Below are positions 38,001 through 47,746 of a DNA stretch of 52,495 nucleotides, piece after piece. The translations under genes and the position numbers were made by a program. This DNA comes from Girardia tigrina (Eukaryota): NCBI GenBank assembly GCA_001938485.1, contig MQRK01213901.1, positions 1 through 52,495 on the forward strand, written 5' to 3'. Every line of letters begins with the position of its first letter. The first letter of the stretch is position 1. The notes under the pieces are model-generated. The model was not told where the DNA came from and did no database searches. It worked only from the letters and a program-made list of their open reading frames with translations.

Positions 38001-38208
38001 CCTTTGAAAATTAAAATTTATCATTTCTTTTAAAGTAATATAAAAGCCTACCAACATATTGGCGAATTCCTATAATCCCAATAAACAGAAAGAGAATCAC
38101 TGTCGTAAATTGGTAGTTTAGTCTATCTATGAAGTCATCATCATATCTGAGATGGCTGGACCCCAAGCGACCGAGTTTTGCAAGTTTCCAGACGAATGTT
38201 GCATCCAT
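17580..38208 (-). CDS. inx: Innexin (invertebrate gap-junction protein), 445 aa: complement(join(17580..18060,37302..38001,38052..38208))
   Basis: Motifs DDDFIDRLNY, QYVGKPIQCW, YAENYCW, YYQW, FPRVTFCDF, QCVLPINMILEKIF..LWFW; four extracellular Cys and four TM segments. Introns are GT-AG with phases 1 and 2; total 1338 nt. Confidence 0.96.
18573..19891 (-). mobile_element. Full-length IS630-Tc1-mariner element, DD37E (TRT/ITmD37E) type
   Basis: 54-bp TIRs AGGTGTGTTCACTAAAAAAGTG... with 2 mismatches; TA on both sides; 1319 bp; single unbroken ORF. Confidence 0.93.
18691..19719 (-). CDS. DD37E transposase, 342 aa
   Basis: HTH region with GSGR; DDELYF, FWPDLASCHY and NPPCAPQIRSIEKFW, with 37 residues between the second D and E. 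Confidence 0.92.
   Translation of the reverse strand: MISKRHEYIINFFKTHSKSETVTKFTGIHFSRRGTYAIIQHYEKTGSIERKVGSGRTPVKMTSDKRKRLLQRATLTVGQSVRKLGTEMNVSKSYVHKMLKTNNIVFRKRKEAPKVTPTQIIRQKARLQNLAKIVVEKTKTDFVLDDELYFTLTGAMTSGYYLDQKKFGDVPDNIRLKFREKFTVKVLVWVTVSRRSISNLYIRKWKSVASNSDIYISECLTKRLLPYLNEKYPASHFIFWPDLASCHYAKASLKCLEDNTIPFVKKDSNPPCAPQIRSIEKFWAHLKEKVYEKGWTADSEDQLIRRIKTKAKQFNNLYFRTLFSNFRQRIMLANSYGLNSLI
23479..24220. mobile_element. Solo-LTR-like element A
   Basis: Starts TGTGGTGCTCGAAAA and ends in a hairpin plus CCTCAATA; both ends are shared with 26926-27739; no TSD visible. Confidence 0.65.
24428..25792 (+). mobile_element. Mariner (DD34D-type) element, full length, transposase pseudogene ~24651..25719
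   Basis: ~27-bp TIRs T(G/A)GGGTT(A/G)CCTCATAA.TTTTGT.GCA with TA flanks; REGRP, WVQHGL, TCDEIWV, HDNARPH, PYSPDLSPSDYY; stops and frameshifts. Confidence 0.92.
26926..27739. mobile_element. Solo-LTR-like element B
   Basis: TGTGGTGCTCGAAAA ... hairpin plus CCTCAACA; same ends as element A, diverged interior; no TSD visible. Confidence 0.65.
27830..29385 (-). mobile_element. Gypsy (CsRn1/Kabuki-like) gag-protease-RT fragment, decayed
   Basis: Decayed Cx2Hx9Cx3C gag knuckle; protease FLVDTGSAVSIIP and PILEADFL; RT SSPWNASL, QIPM..TAVTTAFGLYEY..M.FGLRNASQTFQ, YVND, KCQF. Confidence 0.88.
31110..31830. repeat. Unclassified GC-rich island with internal tandem repeats
   Basis: 58-bp direct repeat at ~31387 and ~31537 (150-bp period); a G(T/A)CYYGGYRACACA motif recurs at ~31351, 31430, 31500 and 31579. 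Confidence 0.6.
32017..32052. repeat. (TA)n microsatellite next to an assembly gap
   Basis: Visible directly; other (TA)n runs occur at 11776, 20173, 38878 and 43621. Confidence 0.9.
32138..33568 (+). mobile_element. Mariner-like element with long (~130-bp) TIRs; transposase pseudogene ~32286..33345
   Basis: 32138-32205 is the reverse complement of ~33438-33503; the outer part of the left TIR falls in the N gap; right end GGGACAGCCTAAG|TA. Motifs RSGRP, WVPREL, EDETWV, HDNARPH, SPDFNLCD. Confidence 0.9.
34860..35655 (+). mobile_element. Decayed mariner transposase
   Basis: RFVARFLT, IADEET, SVEWKLPGE, TINAA*YC, YDNVPVH, QPTYSPD..SSDFYL, spread across frames. Confidence 0.75.
37302..38001 (-). 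CDS. inx: Innexin coding exon 2
   Basis: Acceptor TTTTCAAAG|GA, donor CATGT|GTAAGA; reads GKPIQCW...YYQW...FPRVTFCDF. Confidence 0.95.
38052..38208 (-). CDS. inx: Innexin coding exon 1
   Basis: ATG directly preceded by an in-frame TAG; reads MDATFVWKL..DDDFIDRLNY..QYV; donor G|GTAGGC; 50-nt intron follows. Confidence 0.95.
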
Positions 38209-38376
38209 CTAGGCTTGTATCTCTAAAATAAACTAATGTTAATACAATGATAAAAGTATCGCAAGAATAGAAATAGTTCGCAGAAAATAGTCATAGTAAA
38301 CTGATTAATGATTATTTATAAAAATGGATATCTCTTTCCTTTTTGCAAAACAACAATAGATTTTGTTTCCCGTAGC

Positions 38377-38386
38377 AGCCAATGAG
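38377..38386. promoter_or_regulatory. Candidate CCAAT (NF-Y) box ~170 bp upstream of the innexin ATG
   Basis: AGCCAATGAG matches RRCCAATSR; motif and position only, no functional evidence. Confidence 0.3.
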
Positions 38387-41300
38387 TTTTTTGTATTAAA
38401 ACGAAGGGAAATACGCCTGAAATCTATTATTAAGATTGTGAAGACATTGGCAAACGTTAAATTTATTTCTTCATATATTTTCTTCAGTGGTCATAGGATA
38501 AATTATAATTAAATGTCAACAAGACACTTGTTTTGTAAAGAAAATTTAAAAATACTAATATTTGGAAACGAAAAAAATATTACGTGAATTACGATGAATT
38601 ATTTATAGATTTATAAACTTCTATAATATTTAATTAAATTTAAATTTCTTTGATTTATGTTGCAAGTTATTAAATATTATTGTTTCAATATTTGCTCGTC
38701 GAAACCTTGATAATAATAAACCATACAAAATATTAACGTGTTAAAGCTTGGAATTGTTGTTTATTATTGTATACTCACTATTTGTGCAAAAATTATAACA
38801 TCAAATGCGAATCTTTACCTATCTTTCTGCAAAACAATACTTGTTCTAAAAAAAACGTGCTATTATTACCAGAATGATATATATATATATATATATATAT
38901 AAAATTCGACAAGTTATAATTTGCATGGGATCTCAGGGATCCATCTGTAGTATTTGTCGGTAAAAAGAGCGTTATCCAATTCATTAAATATTTAGAATAA
39001 AAACTTTTACTACTTTTGCTGTAATCGTACAGTAGTGAAACAATTTTGTTCAAAGAATAAAGTCATTTACGAAATTACAAAATTCAATTATCATATTCGT
39101 TAAATTCAGTAAAAATATTCATCAATTCACATTTTCCAAGAATAAAAAATATTTACTAGCAATATTCGAATGAATCGGACTAAAAATCTTTATCATCAAT
39201 GTATTTTATAATTATTTACAAACTATTGACTAGTAAAAAACTATTCAAAATTTAATCAATAAAAAACTGGATTTGTTTAATCGAATCAATTGATTTATTT
39301 CTGGATTTGATTTAACTAGAGTTTCGGGGATTGCCATAATACTTAGGGTATAGGTAAATCTCGTTTTGCACCGAGATTCCATACCACGAGACTTTGGTGC
39401 AAAAATCGGCTGAAAATGAAGTTTACCTGTTGGATCTTCGGGATCCGTGCCTCCACATTAAATTGGGGACGTCCGATTGTCGAGCAAATAACAACGAAGG
39501 CCTAATTTCTATTGAAGTTAATGCCCCTTTTTGATCAGATTCATTAGATTTAAAGACAATTATGTCGCCATTTTTTGAAAAATCAATACCTAACCTAGCA
39601 GTCTTTTTTCTACTTAATAGAGCTTGATTCGGTCGAGTTAAATAAGATTGATTATCACCATCTTTGAATTTTTTAAAATCGATTCTTGGTACCAGTTGAA
39701 TATAGATCAGGCTTTGCATTATTAATATTCAAATTAGAAACGAAATATTACGATATTTTTTAAATTAATTTAAACAAGGAGAATCGAGACAATTTTTTTC
39801 AAACTTTTTTTATTTATTGAACACATTTTTTCCATTAATTTTTCAAATTGGGACATTTTTTTACAAATTGTTTTTATTAATTGTGATCTTGATCATTTAC
39901 CCACTTTCTTTGTTATTCAACAATAATCACATACACACACATTCACTCAACCAATTATAATTTATTTTTCTTTAATTTTGGGTTCATTAGATATGAAACA
40001 CACACGTACAAACAAAATTAACATTTCACACATCACAAAACATACACATTTTCTTTTTACACAAATGCAAACACATCACATTCATACACACAAACAAGCA
40101 CACCATTGGACTATTCCAAAACTCACACAATTTCCAATCTCTGATTACAAATCGTCTGAATCAATTCGAACAAAATTCAAAAATGAATCAATTGTATTTA
40201 CAGACAAATTGCAAATAACAAATTGCACGTACAGAACAAAACATTGTGATCTTGTTTGAAAGACTCAAAAAGCAAAATTAGTGCATGAAAAGTCAAGCAA
40301 AAACCACAGCAAGTATTGTCCCGGATTGAGTTTTTTAAAAATATAAAAATTTTAAGAAAAAAAATAAAATTCCAAAAGAAATTAAAATTATTATTATTTG
40401 TATAAGTTGATTTTCGTAAAGATTTTTATTTGCAAGTTCTAGAAATTTCGTTACCGAAGTTTTTTATTGCGTCGTTGCTTGGAGATCTGTATGATTTATG
40501 TTTTGGTAAAATAAAAATGTTTAATTATTTCTGTGAATGCGAATCTAATTTTTGTCTTGAATATTGCCAAAGCTGTAATAGAGATCACATTGAAATTACG
40601 ATGTTTAGTTTTAACTGCAACAAGTTGAAAAGCGATCGTGATGTTACTAAATCGATAACTACAAACATCGCCTTTGCTAATTCGTTATTGATTCTCTTCG
40701 ATTTAATCTTTCTACTACTTAATAACTACAATAAAACATGGGATTTATCTGTATCTGAGTTCATGCTTAAACAACAAACTTTTGTGAATACCAAAGATTC
40801 ATTTAATATTTACAGATTTCAAACCAACTTAACTCATATTCATAAGACTTTTCATCCAAAATTTACTTTTGAAGCGTCGGTACTTTTTAAAAAATATTAT
40901 ACTTGATATGTCGATTTGAAACAATCAAATCTTTGAATCATTTCATGGGGAGATTTTGAAAGTCTTATTCGGTTAAGTCCCATTCTTTCGAGATTAAGGA
41001 TGAGAAATCATGTAAAAAAGAAGATGCTGTACTAGAAGTCGCTGTCATGGAATTTGCTGTTTATGGTTCAAATCTGCTCAGGTCGGATGAACAACTTCCT
41101 TCATTGTTTACATCAAATCCTGAAGAAGAACATTTTCAAAATCTCATGCTACTCCAAATATAATCATTGAACCATCTATGCATCGTACCCCTTGCTCTCT
41201 CCAAGGGTGCTTCCCTAGGGACCAAGATGATGCTGAAACTCCCTTCCGGGCTGCAATTTCAGTATTAACGAGTATTTCATCAAATTAGAGTAACTCAAGC

Positions 41301-42494
41301 CAGTTATATATCTGTGTAATTAAAGAGAGGAAGACTACACTAAATTTAACGTTCCTATTAGACTTATGTATGATACTGATTAAAAGAATACTAAATATGG
41401 ATAATCAGAAAATCTCTTTTAAACAGCTTCAACGATCTATACTTAGATCTCAAATCCTACATTACAACAACTTCCAACGGTTAACAATTCAGAAAAAAAG
41501 TGTTTGGAATGAACAAAATAGTTTGTATCTTCAGTGCTGTTTCTCCAAAAGTATACATTTATGTTTACTAATATATAATTTAAATAACGTTATATCTCAC
41601 TTTTAGAATATATAAATAAATAAAGTTCTGAATATTAATTTCAGGAAAGATTTTGTTTACTTGTAAACGAGATTATTAGAATGTAAATATTAATAAGAAT
41701 TTCTTAGGAGAAAGAATTCTTCAAATAAATTCCATTATTGTTTCACCTTACCAACAGTAAATACAGCTGTTGTGGCAATCAATCAAGGCTTAGAATAATA
41801 TTTAGACAAAACAACTTCAGATTTTTGTGTCAAAGTATTAACAGAAACAAATTTTTAAACTAAACAGATAAATTTTATTCATTTTGTTCATTTTGTTGAA
41901 ATTGATTTTATTTTCAAATGAAAGAAAGAAAAATTGTCGAAAAAAGAAACTATCAAAAGTTCTTTTGTAAAATTAATAAAAAATAAATTATTATATTTCA
42001 AATATTCATTCAGAACAACTTTCCAATTTCTTTAAGTTTTAATGAATTTTGTTTATTATTATTTTATTATTTATTTATTATTTATTAACACATTCCGTTG
42101 GATTGATACAACAGTTGTGTCGTCATTCTGTCACGACTTCATCTCGTAAATAGATATAAATATAAAATTAAAAAAACGTTTTTATTATTCTAACATTAAA
42201 ATTTTCTAAATTATCATTGAAAATTAATTGTAAAAAATTGGTAGAAAATTGTTGCAATATTTTTTTTATATTTCTTTCAAAAATTCTAAATCCATTTTAA
42301 GTGAAAAATACAAAAAAAACGTTTTTTATATTTATTTATTTGATAATATATTTGATAATTTAATTGAAATTTTATATGAATGTATTATACTTGGACTATT
42401 AAAAGAAGTTCTGTTAGAATTAAAAATAAATATATTTATTACATTATTTATATAAATTTATTTAATAATTTCATTACACATGGGACATTCAATA

Positions 42495-43447
42495 TACATT
42501 CAGTAAGTATGACCTGAGACAGAAAGCAATATCTGAAAAATCGCATTTATGTAACCTAAGAAGACGAATATATGTAGCTATCTTTTCTCAACGTAACTCA
42601 TATTTCTCTCCACGCACTTTTTCCCACAATTCCCCAACTTTAAAATTAATTGCTTTAAGAAGTAAAGAGAACACTTATCAAAAAGTCTCCACCGAAACCT
42701 TTGAACTGATCGTGTTTACCTTGATAATGAATGTATCTTGAGATGTCCACATAGTTTACATTGGTCGGAGAAAAATCTTGAATATATTTGGTGTGATCCA
42801 GAAGCATCAGTTCTACAGCTTTAATTAGGCCTGTTCTGTGTACTGGTGAATTGTGTTACAGGAATCATAGTGACAAAGTTCCGTTTCTTTCTTCTTTTTT
42901 TGTTTGGCAATTGCAATCAGCTCACTGTAATATAAAGATTGTATTTATACACCTTTATTCGCAGTCATTTATACTCCATCATATGAAGTATTATCACACG
43001 ATTTTCTCGAGACCGGTAGGAAGTTGAAGTTCAGTTGGTTTGCCAGAAATCCTGAAGTAATTCAACACTTTCTTAAATGATTTTCTGCTATTTTTCAACA
43101 ATTGATTACAAAATTTCCCTTGGAAGGCCATCTTTTTCTTCATCAAAAACAGAAGTGTGTCAACTTTTAAACTATTTCCCTCAGGTATTTATGCTTATTC
43201 CAGCTATATCAATAGATTTCGCTACACTTTTTTTCGAAAAAATGAGTACTTCGTGATGTCGCGATACTCGGCCTCCTAAATCATGACTAAGACGAGATTT
43301 CACAATTCCCGCTGAAATATTTCTTTTATCACTTAATAAAATAAATAAAACTAATATATTAATCCTAGAAAGATTTAGATGTTCTTGCAAAAAAGGTTAT
43401 GTAATTAAACATTTTGTGTCCTTCTCAAGTCCGGTACTTATTACATA
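42495..43447 (-). mobile_element. Heavily decayed mariner-like element
   Basis: Minus-strand remnants HNSPVH and LDH...DFSPT resemble the 34860-35655 copy; degenerate TIR-like ends AAGTA..GAC.TGAGA. Confidence 0.45.
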
Positions 43448-43615
43448 CATCAAAATACATTACATACAAAAAAATATTTTAAATATTTTACTAAATGCAA
43501 ACCTTCTTTTAGCCTATCCTGTAAAGAAAATAATAAAAATATGATTGTTTATATATTTTTTTATGATATTATGAGATTTTTAGAGATTTCAAACTACAGA
43601 GAGAATACTCCAATT

Positions 43616-43655
<40 letters not shown>

Positions 43656-44299
43656 TTCTTTCGACGAAAACAAAATTATAATAAAATATTGTTCCGTATT
43701 ACAATATGTCACAGTTTATTTTAAGTAGTTATTCTCACAGGAATAAAAATTATATGAACAATATCAAAAGCTTAAATAAACATTTTTTTATTTATCATCT
43801 GTAAATAATAAAAAGATAAAGGCGCTGTACAAAATGTAAATTTATATAAAATAAAAATATTGATATAATAAATAAATAAAAATATTAAAAAAGAACGAAA
43901 TAATGGAAATAATAAAATTTCACATTAGATTCATTTAAAATGACGACCATATCTATAGTTGTTAGTCTTGAAGCCTTTCAGGGAAGAAACTTACATATTC
44001 TCGCACGTTTGTATTTCATGTTTAAACATTAATGGAATAAAATAATTTATATTCGACTCCGAATTCTTTGAGGATATTTAAAACATAGTTTAAATCATTA
44101 AATTAAAATAAATAATTAAAGTGTGAGTTTGCATTTCAAAATATTAAAGAAAAAAAATTATTAAGAAGATCTAGGGACCCAAAAATTAATATTCCAACTT
44201 TACACTCAACTTCTCTTATGAGCATTTTCAAATTGAACCTGATGATACAATTGATTGAATAATTATTTTCTCAGTATATAAGTAACAGAGTTAATGTTA

Positions 44300-45095
44300 A
44301 TTTTAATCTGAAGACGGCGGGCAATCCACCGAAATTAATCATCTGTTAGATGAATTTTGTATAAGAGTGTGCATCAACACTGTCAAAAACTGGTTAGACT
44401 GTGATTTATATCAGTTAAGGATGTTCGACCTGCAGTTGTTAACATGAACTTTGAAAAAAACAAAACGAAGCGTTCTCAATTTATAACCTCACTGTTGTCT
44501 GCTTGATCTTAAAATAGGACAATTATTTGGATTTATGAATCAAATTATAACTTGTTTTGTCGCCGTAAACGAAACAGCTCGAAAATTGACTCTGGTCTTG
44601 CGATGTAACTCCAGTGTCACCCACCATGTTGATTCATTTGCAATGTTGACGGGAGTCCTTTAAGAAATAAGATTGTCAGCAGTGGTTTCGACAAATCATA
44701 GAGCTCTACATCGATACTGGTGTTAAGTCCACAACTTTTGTGATCGACAATGTCCCCGTTCATTCCGGGTCGGAAAAGGTTATTGAAGATTATGAAAATG
44801 TTCAGTTACTTCGACTGGCTCAATGTTCTTACTTAAAAAAAAGCCGTTTGAACTGGCGGAGAGCTCATTCAAAACTGCCGTAAAAGATAGTTTGAGGAGT
44901 GAAATGCTGAAAATTTTAAATTATTTCAGAAGAGACCGGGTTCTAACTATTGCCGAATATAGAATGCAAGTTATGGAGAAAATAGCTTTTGAAGCAAAAC
45001 ATGTTTTAACTCCGTAAAAACTAATTCGTTTTGTGAATCATGTTGAACGATACAATGCCGGCATTCTCAAAATGGATAATTTAAAAAATTAATGG
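44300..45095 (+). mobile_element. Decayed IS630/Tc1-like (DDE_3) transposase
   Basis: IIWIYESNYNLFCRR, FVIDNVPVHS, LLRLAQCSY...PFEL..S.FK remnants. Confidence 0.7.
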
Positions 45096-46810
45096 TGAAA
45101 TTTTCAGTAAGTTTATCTTAATGCAATTATATGATATTAAAAGTTTTTATCATTTCAGAGTATTAAATTCAGTGTTCAAACGAAAAATTTGGTTGCGTTT
45201 TATTGTGATTTTATATGTTGAGGTTATTTATGTAAAATTGGGATGTAAAAGGTATAAAATAAGATTTTAGAATGAAGGTTCAAAGTTCTGATTTTCAAAA
45301 TAATTTTCCATTATTTTTTGGATTAAAAAAACAAATTTATTATATATTTGAAATTATGCGAAATTTAGATACTTTTAAGTTACTTTAGATACGTCCTTCT
45401 TTGGATGGACATTAAATTATATTATTTTTATCCTAAATCAGTTTTTGTTAATGCAAAATTTATCAGAAATTACTTTTAAATACTTTTTTAAATTCATCTA
45501 AAAGAAAAACAAATTGTTAAATGTTGTTTTTGATATTGATATTTTTGAAGTTTTTAAAAATTGAAAAGTAAAAAGAATTCAACTCCGTTTACATAGACAT
45601 TCAGCTCTAAAGTCTGCTGACTTTGACAATTGAGTTATTCTCTAAAACTAGATATAGTTTGAAGGGTCTCTGAGCAATCCATATGTTGCATCCAGTCAAT
45701 TTCTAAATATTTTAAATCGAATTTATTTTCTTTACCTGAATGAGATTAACTGTTTCTGTCTTGTTCCTGTATCTGAATTTTTAAATTATGTTCTTTTTCT
45801 TTTCTTCTTGTTGTTTGTCTCATCAAATGTTTTTTTAATGTCTTTTTCAATAAATTTAGAATATAATCGTTCCCGATATTCTATAAATCCTCAACTCCTT
45901 CGTGTTGATACTTTTCACTAATAGTTAAAATAGCATCTACATGTTTCTGTCATTCCATAGTTTCAATTTTGATCTTGATCATCCTTTGCCATGCATAATA
46001 AATACTTATGGAAACACACTTTGAGTGAAATATATTTTAATAAAATAGGTCTTAAAACTGTTTTTTTCAATTTTATTACGATTCTGTCGGTCCTCTAACT
46101 CAATGCTGGAAGTTTCATCACTATCTGATCATGAAAGAAGCGATGATCATTAAAAGCGAACCATCTCACCTGGTGCGAGGGACATTTTGAACTTATCTGT
46201 CGCGAGAAACGAACAATTGTTTCACAAGTCGTTTTATCTTTAAATAAATTTAACAATTTTTAAGACGTCAAATTGAAAAAGTAATTTATTATAAAATTTT
46301 GCATTAACAAAAACAAATATAACATTAAAAATCATTTAATTGAATAAGAAATAGTTACATTGAAACTACGTAAATTTTGCCAAAATTGATTTATCAAAGT
46401 TCTTGAGATTGAATAACAGTTTAATCGTTGAGCGTTAATCTTCACATTTTGAAATTAATTGCGCTTAGTGTCGTTCACTTGTAATTTATTTTGAAACGAA
46501 GACAGATCTCGGTCGTCCCGTCGTTCGCTACGACAATCAATTAAATACTTAACTAGCAAGATAATATGCTTTTAATTTTCAAGTCATCATAATTAAATAA
46601 GAGAGTTGTCCGTAGTTTTCATTATCCAAAAGTTTATAAATCAAGTATATCGCTTAGAGGCAACACCATACAAGAACGGGTTAACTAAAAATGATAATTT
46701 CGTTTTTTTAATAAATTCTATGAATTTGTTTATGGATTATAATTGTGAGATATTTATAATTTAAAACTAGATATTTTAATTTTCATTGTTTAAATAATGT
46801 TTATTATAAC

Positions 46811-47446
46811 TGATGTGTACCCGCGTCTATAAATAATAAGAGAAAACAGATACGGGTACTTGAAAATGGGACCTGTAACAGTGACTCGCCATTGGGGGCT
46901 CGGTGGCCACTACCTCTATCGACTGGGGTTGCAAGTAGATGGCTCGCTGATACGACCAAAATGATGGTTGATTTTGGCACCGATTGTTGGGATTGAATCA
47001 AGTGATTGATTAATCCGGCGCGGCTGTTGAGTGCAGAGACGCGGCCTCCGTATTCGCCCCACCGTAACGGTTTGAGCGACACAATTCGATATCGATCACT
47101 CGAGTGGCAGTAATCGACCGACCATAAATCGACGACAGTCGGTGGCTGCTTGTTGTTGACAACGATGAAATTATCCAGAGTCATCGATTGACGTGAAGCA
47201 CAGTAGCGATTTTAAATAATATCATTTTTTCGAAGGCAGAAAAAAGATGGTATTCGAAAGAAAATTTATTATTATTTAACATTTTCACAAATAATGCTTG
47301 AGATAAACAAATTGTTTCTTATCACAAATACTAATTAGGTTTTATTTTTGTTTTGTCTTGTGTACTATTTTTATAAATCTGAATATTGGATTTTTATGTA
47401 TAGATATATTTATAAATATTAATATTTAATTTTTTTGGTCACTACA
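46811..47446 (+). mobile_element. Solo LTR C with 5-bp TSD
   Basis: ATAAC|TGATGTG ... CACTACA|ATAAC; 636 bp; terminal hairpin GTACCCG..CGGGTAC. Orientation is inferred. Confidence 0.8.
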
Positions 47447-47567
47447 ATAACAAACGGCATGTATATATAAACGTTTAAAAATAAAATTACTAAAAATTGT
47501 TCATAAATTAAATTTGAGTGTTTAAGTAAACTGTATTATATCAGTACAAAATTTAAAACGTGAAATA

Positions 47568-47746
47568 CAATGGACTGCGCATATCAAAGTGGCATTTGCC
47601 AAAAAACTTCGGTATAACCGTAGCTCGATATAGTCATAGCATCAGCTTCCATTATCTAAGCACTGATATTTAGTCGGTACAATAATATATCTTCGATAAA
47701 TCGGTATATTCGATATATCCGTCTTCGATATATACTGAGTACTCTG
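47568..47746. mobile_element. pogo/Tigger-type MITE remnant
   Basis: TA|CAATGGAC ... GTACTCTG|TA with repeated TCGATATA subterminal motifs. Confidence 0.5.

Noticed and set aside
39423-39719. 98-aa ORF as an upstream coding exon of the innexin
   Set aside because: Its phase-2 donor does not join in frame, and a TAG sits directly before the innexin ATG.
40430-40906. 158-aa ORF as a gene
   Set aside because: TTG start, AT-driven composition, and no motif or splice support.
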